Assembly (NCBI GenBank): GCA_051362555.1
Contig: CM120641.1
Coordinates: 22,196,001-22,260,000 of the forward strand
Direction of reading: 5' to 3'
Origin: Lingula anatina
Lineage: Eukaryota; Animalia; Brachiopoda
Length of the DNA: 64,000 bases
Shown: positions 49,407-61,900 of the stretch, piece after piece
Position numbering within the stretch: position 1 is the first letter of the stretch
Layout of the letters: every line of letters starts with the position of its first letter
Made by a program: the position numbers and the translations under genes
Notes under the pieces: generated by a model
The model's database searches: none
Seen by the model: the letters and a program-made list of their open reading frames with translations, nothing else
What the model was told of the DNA's origin: nothing

Positions 49407-50676
49407 TTAAAGTTTGTCATTAGTAAATATACTTCTTTTTAACAAAATCATCAAAAATTTTTCAGACATTTGAGCAATGTCAATAACATATGAAAGTGTC
49501 AAATAAACAAATTTTGTTTTCTATGGAATTAACTAGTATCATGTGATATCCCCTTACATGATACAGCAATATGCATTGGTAGGTAGAGGGATCAAAGCCT
49601 TAACCCCCCATCCTTCCCAACAAAAAAAAGACGTCTTTTTGAAACACCACGGTTTGACTGTCTGTTAACCCAACTTCATGAGAAGAAAAGACTCCATTGT
49701 GACCCAAAGAGGTACAATGCAAAATGTCCCATACAGCACACAGTACTTCACAGTAATTCTTGCAGCAGGGAGTAGCACAGGTTGAAAAATAATTATAGAA
49801 TCTTATTGTATGGCCACAAAGCTTTGTGACTGACTTTTTTATTTTGCAAATTTTAAAGATTTCAACAGATTTTCTCTCATCAATTTAAATTTCAGATATT
49901 TGCAATGAAACTTACTTCTATGTGATGAGATGTGCAGAAGCATTATTCAATTCACCTGCTTAAAGAGACAAATAAAACTGCCCTATTAAGTGTTAAATGT
50001 ACTACTGAGCTCTATCACATATAATGAAATATTGTCCTAAAATGTTTTTAAATAACATATTGGGGATTTTGCAGGTAAAGTGTGATAACATTAGAACACA
50101 AAGTATCTTATTGGTACCATTTAAATTAAAAATTAATCAGATATTTTTAAATTATTAATCAAATAATTCATTCTACTATGCATCTGGGTATGATATCTTA
50201 TATACATGTATTAATATATATAAAACACACCAAGAAACAAGCAGTGTTGTGCTTGTTCACATAATGTATATTTTGTCCTCCAGCAAAAATATGCTTGCTT
50301 ACAATATTTAACAAAAACAACTCTCACATTTCATTGAGAATACACTTACTGCAAGGGTTACTTGATTCTAATAAAAATCAAAATGTATATAAAAGACATA
50401 ATACTAAAATTGACCTATTGTGAAAGCATGCTTTCCATTTTCAAATAAACATTAATCCATAATTAATTTCATATGGTTTTCTCGCAAAAAGTCAAAAAAA
50501 AAAGTTTGGTAATTTTCCTATTTCTAACACCATTTGCAACATGGTTATCTTTGTGGAATACATAGGATCAGTAAATGTTCTAACAGTCTTGTTTAACCTA
50601 GCTTAGCTTAGACTAGTCTAGTCTTCAATGATATAATTCTTGGAAAGTATTTTTGTCTCTTTGGTTTCTGGATTCT

Positions 50677-52227
50677 TCACAGACACTTATCTCTACATTC
50701 CTGGACAGTTTTGAAGTTGTTTCCTCGATAAGGGGTCATGCTGCACCCACTGTAGATAAAGGCTTGGCAACTAAGAGTGTCCCGGTTCCTGACTGGTCCA
50801 ATGGTCCCCTGGACTACCCCATAGCGTATCATGTAGTGGTCTGTACAGTTCCGTGGTCCAACATGAATCTCCATGTCGCAATCTGAAAAAAAACAGAGTA
50901 TCAATATTAATCGAATTGCTAATTCAAACCAAGAAATTAGATAGAGAATTAGAACATTTTTTGTTTAAACATTACACTAAAGATAAGATCTCTTCTACTA
51001 GTTCTTAAAATGAATTGTTCAATCATGAATAATTATGTCTTGTTACCATTATTGCATCTTTAATTTGCCCTATAGTTGACTTAGATTTCAAAATACACAT
51101 TTTCAAATAAAAATGTCTACTTCAGATATTTTATTTTCATGTCAATTTTAGATGCTGTTCACTGACTTATAGATTACAAACCCTAGCTTAAATTTATATA
51201 CTATAATCCGTAATCCGGTTGAAACTAAAAACTGCACATTTGTGCTAAATGCTGACAGTTGGGTATTGTTTCCTTACCTGTGTGCTCCCCTGACATCTGA
51301 CAGTAATCTAGTTTCCTTACCTGTGTGTTCATCTGACAGTAATCTACTGTTTCCTTACCTGTGTGCTCACCTGACATCTGACAGTAATCTATTCTTTCCT
51401 TACCTGTGTGTTCACCTGACAGTTGGGTATTTTTTCCTTACCTGCATGTTCACATGACATCTGACAGTCATCCTTTGTTTCAAAATGGTTGTCTCCTTTA
51501 GAGCAGCCACCCCAGGTAAACATCTCACACATGCAAGTCTGGGGGTTGTAAAAGTAACGAGGGTGCGACTCTCGGCATGTGCCATAATTCACAGGTGTGC
51601 GGCAGGCGCTGTTAGCCATGTTGAGATACTTGCAGCTGGACGTCACAAGAGATCCATCATGGTTAGAGTTATCGACTGAAAAAAAATCATAGTGACATTT
51701 GAATTTTGTCAGTGAGACACGCATCTTTTAAGAAATACAATTGCATGTATTACTTCAACAAGATATACACCCAAAACTACCATGTATTAATATGCATGTC
51801 CTTATAACCCATGCAGCACTCAGTAGCCCTGTTGGATTTTCTTCTCCTTTATCCTATATTAAGTTACATTCTTATATAATTTAACAATGTCACAAATCAA
51901 AATGTAAATTGCAAATTTTTATTTCATATGGACAATTTTACCAGAACACAAAGTGAGCAATTACATCCTGTTATACAAACAAAAAGATGTTACAGGACAT
52001 AAAGTACTTTTCAACATATGTATAATATTTGATAACCTTTAAGAGAAAGTACAAGAGTTTAACAGATGTTGAATCCAAGTTCATCATAATGCTACAGTCA
52101 ATATGAAGCATATTCATGAAATGCCATTTAGTTGATAGGTAGCTGTTTTTTTATAACCTACATTTCATCTGGCATAGCTTGTTGATGTCATTGTAGCATC
52201 ATATTGAGTCATGTCTGGCTTGTCTAT

Positions 52228-52288
<61 letters not shown>

Positions 52289-54201
52289 TTTCTCTTACTT
52301 TTCATCTTGAAAAATATTTTACTAATTTTTCAAGCTCCTTGAAAAATTAGTAACAGAGTGTGATTTTTTTTCCTACATACGACAGCATAACTTTCTGATT
52401 CCTTTTTACCATTCAAATATACAGCCTTCATTACCTATCTTACTCCCTGGGCACGTCTTGTCGGTGACACAGATGCTTGCACACTCCTGCTCTGTCACGA
52501 AGTTGTTGTTATTTCCCCAGCAGCCGCCAAAGTAGAACATTTCACACTGACATGTTGTCTGGTTGAAATACCATCGCTGAAATCTTCCCTTGCAAGGACC
52601 GCTTGCCATCTCCTGCATACAGCGAGCAGGAGGCAGGAGTTTCTTTACTGTTGCTTTGTCTACAAGATGTATGTACACTGAGATTACTCTTCACTTCCAT
52701 AAATATTCCATACTTAGACTTTACAACAATATAATTTTTCAAAAGGCTGTGGCTAAATTCTCAATGAAGTACCCAGTAGATCCAAAAGAATACTTTATCA
52801 CTAACAACTGGTTTTGGAATGAAGCAGAGAAAACTTGTGAAATTTTTTTTCAGAATTCCTCAGCAAATATTTTATGGCGTGCTAGACATTAATAGTCTCA
52901 GCAATATTTCTCCTCCCCACCTGTGACCAAATGACAGGCAGTACTAAGCATCACCAGAGATTAGTCAAGCACAAGTGAATTAGAATTGTTTGATAGTATG
53001 GATTTTTGATGTTTGTGATTTTTTTCTTGAGAAATAAAATCACAGACACAAACACACACACACATCTTAGAAACATGAGCCTGCAACAGCACATAAAGCT
53101 TCCAATCCTGTTGACATCACATCAGGTGGTCAAGAATGAATTCAAATGCAGTTGCTAATATGGAAAGCGAAAGCTATACCTATTAATATGAAATAAAATA
53201 ATAACATGTAAATATCATTATGCATATACCTGTCTCCTTTCTTTTGCACATGTGCTCACATTCTTCTTTACTCCAAAATTTGTTCAGGTTTCCACGGCAA
53301 CCCCCATATAAAAATGTGTGACATGCCTTGGTAGCAGAGTTGTAAAACCAAAGCTCAAGAAGCGCTCTACAGGGTCCAGGGTCAGCTGGCCGATGACACA
53401 AAGCTGGGGGACTAGGGGAAAGAAAGTCCTCTAAAGCAAAGAAACAAATTCCCATTCAAGTTTCAAGTTAACAGCACACATAACAAGCAAGTACCCTCTA
53501 CCAGGGCCACAGATTAATATTTCACTTGATATTCACAGATACATATCTGGCTATAGCTAATTCATGACAATTTTTTCAGTGAGAATTTTGGCATGGAATT
53601 AATTTTATCACCCAACTGGCCTCTGGTATAAAGTAAAAAGCAGGTGTTCCTTCTTCAATCCCAAATAAACGTCTTAAAGATATGGTGGCAAACAGTATAT
53701 ATGATTACTCAAGCTATAACATGCCCAAACAAATTAATCAAAAGAGCATATAAAATAAGATTACAAGGCTATATATTTTATATTGTATTAAAAGCTCTTT
53801 GTTATATCTACAAAAGACTCTCTTTGAGGTAAATATAAAGTAAACATAAAATGGCACTTATGTGTCAGTGATAAAAACACTTCATGGGATAAGACAGAAA
53901 AGTACAATCCCCTGAAAACCAAATTTATGATCATCACTTTTGTCTTGCTTTTCTTTAAAAGTAAATATGCACTATTTCAATAAGGGTAACAATTTTAATT
54001 CGAAACCATTAATATTTCCATTGATTTAAAAATGCAACTATCTAGTCTACAGAATTACAATTATTAAAAGTCTTGTAAATCCAAATATCTTCTTAATCAT
54101 GCCAATATAGGTCAGTGCACTTTACCTTCCTTTTGTGCATAACAGAAGTGGCTGGGCACAAAGATGAAAAAGTAAACAGCAACTCCTAATCTTATTTTCA
54201 T
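50677..54201 (-). CDS. Secreted multi-domain Kunitz/BPTI serine protease inhibitor, 4 Kunitz domains, about 310 aa (TFPI-like architecture)
   Basis: Exons 54201-54126 (signal MKIRLGVAVYFFIFVPSHFCYA), 53430-53230 (GPCRA...FLYGGCRGNLNKF), 52659-52444 (GPCKG...FYFGGCWGNNNNF), 51675-51442 (GTCRE...FTWGGCSKGDNHF), 50882-50677 (FIYSGC...GNNF...C...C). All phase-1 introns, 933 nt. Confidence 0.92.
51254..51470 (-). repeat. About 38-45-bp tandem repeat copying the exon-4/intron-4 junction of the Kunitz gene
   Basis: tttccttacctg (CAG/GTAAGG on - strand) recurs with exon-side base at 51442, 51404, 51359, 51321, 51278. Confidence 0.9.
52229..52284. repeat. (CT)n microsatellite
   Basis: About 28 CT units; a shorter (CT)n lies at 11613-11642 and (CA)n near 291-320 and 759-782. 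Confidence 0.95.
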
Positions 54202-55990
54202 GATTTCTCCTCTTCTTTATCACCTAGCAAACAATATTTACAATACTGAAATTATATCAATTTCAAGAAAGCAAATTCATATTCCATAAAGCGAAATTGT
54301 AAAGAGAAAGCCACCAAGAAAATCTTTGTGATATATGTGGTGAGAATATTAATGCTCACTAAAGTGTCAATTTTTTTTTAACATTTGATCAAACATTTAC
54401 CTACTCAAACAACTTTTGTCTTCCTTGATTCATATTCTATATTAAGTATCTGTTACAGCACAAAAGAAAAAAAACGTAATAACTATGGTGAAAATATTTA
54501 TGCTTAACCTACCTCTTCTTTGCCAAAACAATTTATCTCTTGTCGTTCTTTGTTACTGTATGAAGCACTTTTAATCAGTAGAAGAAAAACACCTCTTACA
54601 CTTAATATTAAGACGCAATTGTAACCGTCTTCAAGCAACAAGAATATTCAAGTTTTGCCACCTTACAGTTATTAGTATCAGCAGACGTCAGGGTGGTGCA
54701 GTCTAACTCAACAGCTGCCTCCAGGAAAATATGAACAAGATTGGTAAGGTCAACTTGTTGATCTGAATATTAAGTGAGTGCTTGGGCTCAAGGCTATAAT
54801 TATGAATCAAGTAGTTGCACAGTTATAATTACCATTTAATAGAGCTTTTCCAATATTTTGCAATAAACTCTGCCATATTATTACACATTTCCCTGGCATA
54901 TTATTTTTTTCTGTTCATTTAATTTCATTTTCTGATTACTTTTGTTTAATTTTTCTCAGGATAAGAAATAACAGTCCAGCCTTAAGGGATTACTTTCATA
55001 AACAATTTATCACTGTCAACTGACCTTAAGCAAATACTCATACCTATTATTACTCATTAACAGCAGTAATTTTCATCAGATCGGAAGAATATGACAAAAT
55101 ATTTCTGAACAATCAATATGTGTGAAAGAAATGCAAATTCAAAAATTTGAGTGAATAAAAAAATTAATAAATAAAAAAAAAAAAGTTCCTGGTTATATCA
55201 AATGGTATTAATTAAAACGCTTTATATATCTTATGAAAAAAAAAATCCGGCTGATGACACTTAGGTTGTAGTTACTGAAAGCAATAAATAATATCAAACA
55301 TTTTTGCACAATATTCCATGAAATGAGAGAAACTGTTTATGCATGTCCACATTTTACTTTAATTCCAAGTTATGTATTTCAAATCATAAACAGCATTTTA
55401 ATTATAGCATACAAGAACTTTAGGAATTGTGACATCCACCAATGAGGTTAAAATGTGTGATGTAATCCTGCCAGAAAATTTAAATGCACATGTACAGAGC
55501 ATCAGCAAAGAACACTGCCGTCATGGTGACACCTTTCTGCACATCCAAGACATGCTACTTAACAAGCCTAGGGTCACACGACAAATTCATTATTTTCATA
55601 GTATTTAGTCGGGTCTCTAGAGTCTACTGATCTAATCTAATAGAGTAACAGGAACCAAATAGCACCACAAAATATTTTCTAAGCAAAGTGACTTCCAACT
55701 GGCATACTTGTAGTTAAATCAATTTCTCTTTATGAGATCATTCAAAATTATAAAGAGACACTGTATGAGAAATTTGAACCGTGAACTAATTGTTAATCAA
55801 TAATGCCGAGACTTATATAGCCAGAAATTCTCCCTGTTGTAGTCTTAAGTAGCTTTACTGCTAAACCCTCAACTGTTCCATTACCTCTACTTGATTATGA
55901 ATGGCTTTATCAGAGGAATTAGTGAGATTTTTTTCCTTGACATTCTCTCTGTAAAAATTCCTCATATACATTAAAATATTCCAATCATTC

Positions 55991-58900
55991 TTATGCTTTT
56001 ATAGCCCTGTGGTCTTTCTTTTCATAAGATTTAGGTTTGTATGTCCATTTAATGTGTTTGGCCCTCTTTCTGGGCTCTATGATGTTTCTTTTCTGGAAGC
56101 TTTTGAATCTGTCCTCCAATAAATGTCCTTCTGGCTGGAAAAAAGACAAAAGACAAAAACATCTGTTATGTCACTTGCTACTGATTGAGAAAATTTTTAA
56201 TCTCACAAGCTGTTACCTCACTTCCTGTGAAGCACATATGGCATATCAAATTGTGCTTGTAACTGAGATATAAAACCTATCATACAGAAATTATGAAAAG
56301 AATTCCACATTTAGCAAATCAAGCCATTCTTCAAACCCTGAGTCCCTCTTTCTCTCTCTCCCTTACACACACACAAAGAAAAAACATCTTTCTTAGGGTT
56401 ACTGACGCACTTAACTTCTTTCAAATTTTCTGATAAACAACTAGCTCAGACTGCTCAAATGAAAAATTGAATAATAGAATTACAGTTAGCTCAACATATT
56501 CATGCAGATAGTTTTAGGTTTCTCAGTTGGCTATGTTGAAACAGACTATCCCAATAAAACACACATGCTATCCCACACCTGTATGTGTTATTATGTGTAA
56601 ATTCTTCACATATGGGTTGTGTCAAGGGGGTTGCATATTGCAAAATGTTTACAGTCTATGAAATGAATCATTGACCAATTTTGGCAGTCAATCAGTAATC
56701 ATTTACCCAAATTTCTCAACTTAAATAATTATTATTTGCCCAACAAAACATTCCCCAACTTTCTTTTCAGCCAAATTTAATCATCTTAAACCAATGAAAA
56801 AATGCACGCTGCTGTAAACCAAACACCTTCAACTGCATGACAAAAATTTAAACTGATAATCTTTCCCCTACCTTTAGGAGTCTAAGTGATCCTTTTAATT
56901 CATCACTTAGCTGAAGTTCTAGGTCAGGGGCTTCAAATCTTGGGTAACGTTAAGGAAGGTTATGGAAAAAACCTGTCACTCAAAAAATTACCTGCTGTAA
57001 ATAAAAACAAGGAAAACATTAATATTGTTAAAAAGGCTTCTAATAATGTTATTGTCTAAAACAAACTATTTTCTTTATCTGATAAAAGATACTTCAGCTT
57101 GCCCAGCTTTTTGGGGTTGGCAATGGCTGCTTTCCTTTTTTCAGCTTTCCGGGAAGCTTTTGCTTCACGTTGCTTTACTATCTCATTCACCTCTTTCTTG
57201 ATAGATTTTAATCTGAAATTGAGAGAAACAGAGATAACATGCCTAGTGATATGATAAAATTGCTCTAATTTTTGGAACCTGTAATTAAATGCACCTGTTA
57301 TAAAATATTTTTGATAAGCGATCAACATATATTTATTGATTTTTTTAAGTTTCACACATTTTGCATGTGTTTCATATGCTTTAGGGACTGATTTAGAACA
57401 CTGTACCTGAGACGCTGGCTGTCTTTTATTTTCTTCATTTTTATCTCCTGTAGCTTTTTCTCCTGAAAACAAACGCACATCACAGAAAAAAATGCTTCGA
57501 TTGAATCTGCAACATTTAAATATCTGTCTACTTCAAAGTATTAGACTTTTAAATCTACTGCTGCCTATTTTTAACTCTTACCTTCTCAAGTTTTAACTTC
57601 TCTTTCTTTCTCTGTTTTTCTGTTTTCTTATTTTCCCGCCTTACTGGGGGATTTGTTGTTAAATCATCAGCATCTTCACTGTCACTTCCATCTTCCTCAT
57701 CGTCCCCATCAAGACCCAAAGACATCTCTTGTATCCAGGATTGCTAAAAATTAAAACACCAGATTGCATGATATTTCATTTGTATCAACTTCTCTCGACA
57801 TATAAGATTTTGAAGTCTTTTCTTGCCAAGTTTCTTTCAGTTTTCAAGTTTCAGTTTCTTGTTTTCTTTTTTTCAGGTTTCATGGATAAACACCAAACAC
57901 ATTATCAATTTAACAGAATCCCACTGACTGTACATAAAAGTCAGAATGAAGGAGTCTTACTTAACAGGAAACCATCTTGGACTACAGAAAAACATAACTA
58001 CACCCGAGTGAGGAAAAAAATTACCTCCATCTCATTCCAACTCATCTTTTGCATTGGAGCAAGTCTCTCCTCCAGTCTGCTCTCCTCCTTCAGTTTTTTA
58101 ATTTCTGCTTCATTTGCTATTTTTAACAGTTCCTGAAGAATAAAGCAATCAATATAACTTGCAGGGTATGGATTTTTTTATCAATCCCTAAGAAATGGCA
58201 AATTGATTTTAAAGCAGATATGAAAGAATGTTATGTTATTTTAGTGGGTCTGGCATAGAATTTATGCTTTATGGTGTATAACATCCAACAAAGTCTGGAA
58301 AATAAAATAAAAAAGGTATGTTCATTAATCATAATTTCTATCATTTTATCATTTTCTTTTGCTGCAATCAGTTATAAATAAATAAATCTTTACTGCAATG
58401 TTAATTTCTGACTGAATTCACATGACTAATGGAGTAACACATTTCATATATCACATCATCAATAACTATATTTTTACAGTTAAAAGTATTATGAAGGCAA
58501 ACCTGTTGCTTTGTTCCTAAATGAGCACTGTAGTTAAGTCATTTAATTAAACCATTCCATTATCTTGCATTGTTACCTCAATAAAACCCCATACTGACCT
58601 GATGATCATCAAAAGCTGGGTTATATGAAGCTCCTGGATGACTAACTTCAATGGCAGGCACCACAGAAGGTTTGGCTCTGAGGCGCTGAGGAGCCTGAAA
58701 CCCAAAGATACCTTACATCAATCTAAGACATTCTTATTACAAACAATCTTCTGAGCAATTTTTGTTTTCTTTTTTTATGAGGCATAAGGAACGGACTTTT
58801 GTTTGATGGTTTGATTTACAGTCAAGTTATTGGGATTTTGGCTTTTTATTGTCCTCATATTTAAGAGCTTGTCCACGAGAGAACCAGCCCAGGGTGGCAA

Positions 58901-61900
58901 GGTGGGGGTCAGCGGATTTCAACCAAATTTGTTGTATGGAGGCATATTAGGAAGTTATTCATGAGTAAGGAAGGAATCCCAAAAATATCCTTTCTTCAGA
59001 GAATTATAGCCTATTATAAGTCATGGCTTATGTAGCCTCTTTGAGACTCCATTTTTACCTTGGAAAAATAATGATATATTTTGTGTAAATTAAACAAAAA
59101 TGGAGAAAACTAAAAAATATTAGACCTTACAATCATTGAAAACAATCATTTGGCTTGCCACAGATATATGTAGAATTCAGATAAGACCCTGCTTGGGCGA
59201 GCCACACCCATTTATAACACCCCTCCCCCCAAAGTCCAATTTTGATACTACCATCTTTAATTGCATATATCTCCATCTTCACAGGGTTTACAGCTATAAA
59301 ACTGCATGAATATTTTAGGCAGATATGGGTCATTCCAAATCAAGTTTCAAAAGTTACTGCTGTATTAAAACAGGTACTGAAAAATACCTCCAAAGTTGGC
59401 CATTTTTAAGGCAAAAAATCGTGGTGGATTCATTCAAGTCTATGTAGACGATAGGTTTGATTAATTTATTAAACCATTTTGCTCTACAATGATGTTACTA
59501 AATTAATAGGGCTGGTGAACATGGAAAGTGGGTGTGTACTAATGAATATCAGGTCAGTAGGTCAAGGTCACTGGGCTTCATATTTGTAAATTGCCATATA
59601 TGGACTTCTTAATTTATATGGACAAAAATTTAGAGGAAATAAATCATAGATTCTGTTACTTTGGATAGGCACTGGCAATTAACTTGAGAGTTTACAAGAT
59701 AATTTTAATATATATATATTTTTTTAATATCATCAATTTGGTGAATACAAATTAAAATCTTAGTTTAGTAGCGATTTCTTTTTGGTGCAATATTTATCAT
59801 ATAGAGATCAGGATATGCCATAGTATTTATGATAGCAAAGCCAGAACAAATCTGTTTTAATTATCAAGAGTTTTTTTTTAATCATCCACACCACTTTTTG
59901 GTGACTATTTATGAGCATACAGTAACTAAAAAATTATTCAATTTAGTTTATTGTTGTCTCAGATGAATAATTACAAATAATAAAAAAAATCACAAAATTA
60001 TAATATAGCAATACATGCAAAGCAGTGCAACATTAGTTGTGATCATTACAAACTATATCATAATGTAGCAAAACAAGATAATTTTCTATTCAAAAAGCAA
60101 AACTAACACAACCGCAAAATATATCCTGGTGTTATGAAACATCTTTGCAGTTTTGTATCAAACATTACAGCTCATAACATCAAAGTTTTTAATACATTCA
60201 AAAATAACTGCCGATTTTTTCTTCCTGAATAGTCTGTAACCCTCCTTACTGACATTTCAATCTCATCTTCATGCTCACAAATGCTAGGTTCTGCTGGCCT
60301 GTTTCTTGTGCCCTTCTAAACTCCTTCAGTAAAAACTCCTTTACTTTATTTGAATATAGTTTCAAAGGTTTAGATGACTTTAAAGCTCATCCATTGTGTA
60401 ACTCAGTGAGATATTCAAGAGGGTGGAGTTCTCTCACAGCTGATGTGCTTTAAGTTTTTCTTTAGTCAGATTGTTGGCCCACTAGACTTTAATTTGATCA
60501 AAAGCTGTTTTTTTTTTTTTGGCACATTTCATAACTGTGGTCTAAAAAAGGACCTTACAAATACTCTTCAGTCTTAGTAGCAAAAGATTTCAGAGAAAAC
60601 TTCTCTGGACAAGAAAAAATTTCCCTGTTTGTGATCTTGCTTGGTATAGTCCCAGTTGGCATATTTGCCTCAGAAAAACCCAAATTAACTTTAACATCAG
60701 TATCACTCATGTTAAAACTGCTCAAGGAAGGAAGACACCTTTTCTCATGTTGTAGGAATCAAGAAAGCTAAATTGTTGTAATTGGACACTCCAGTCCACG
60801 CAGGTTTGGAAGATGTCTGTCTAGCTGGATGTAGAAAATGGCTCCAACTGCAGAAACTAGGGCCTCATGCATCTCCTCAGCATTTGTTATATTGTGGCTT
60901 TCATTTACATACATGCCTTTCTACAACAGCCATCATTTCCACACTAGTTTCAGTTTCTGCAAGACTTTGGACTCTTTTGCTGACCATAAGATCACTGTGT
61001 GTCAAATAACACTTCTCAAATATGCCTGAAATATAAATATAGCTTACTATAGACACATGAAAACACTTATCTGAAAGTTAATTGATACATTGATGAAAAA
61101 TAAATTATTATCCCATTTGTCCATGTTTTATAAGTAAGGCATGGTTTCGAATATTAATTATGATGAGCCTAGCAATTTTGCCAAGACCAGCCCTAGCTTC
61201 AATCTAATTCCAATTGTTACCCTTAAATTTATTTTACCCAAGTACCATTAAACCTACATAAATACCCACACAAATATACCTTAAAAGATAAAATTATCAC
61301 AGGTCCTTAGGCTACAATTTCATTATTTGGGGACATTTTTCTTTTTAAAAAAATGGAGCGTTTACCATTAAAAAATTACATCTAGATCATTTTTCTGAGT
61401 GAACTTTTTTTCTGGATTTTAGCCTGTATTAAAATACAAACAAACCCGTTTCTTACCTGAACCAAGTGGCATCAGTATATTCAAATGGCTTTTTGTCTAC
61501 ACTGACATCTGCAAGTTAATCCCATGACATATTTCGTTATAGGCTCGTTTTCCCCTGTGTGGATGGTTTCCGGCACAAACCAAGCCCATATCCCAGTGCT
61601 GGTCACATGGTGTAACCCATTTATTCTCCCAAAGATACTTGGAAATGTCCAATTACTGTCATCGGATACAAAAGAATTCACACCTGACAAGAATCATTGT
61701 GCTTTCGTAACTCACGCTGTTTTGCTTCACGTAAACGCGACGAAGATGACTGTTAATATCTCTGTTGCAATTTTTCAATACACTACATGTTTTTTTATAT
61801 CTGTAGACAGAGTATAAACCACATTATATACGACTTCGTTGAGGAAGATTTGTAAACAAACAGTCTGCGATTTCCGCCATGTTGGATAATGACGTTGTGT

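Noticed and set aside
40172-54201. Kunitz exons as the 5' part of the TY/EpCAM-like gene (papilin-like fusion)
   Set aside because: The Kunitz frame stops at TGA 50679-50677 and the downstream gene has its own ATG and signal peptide at 40172.
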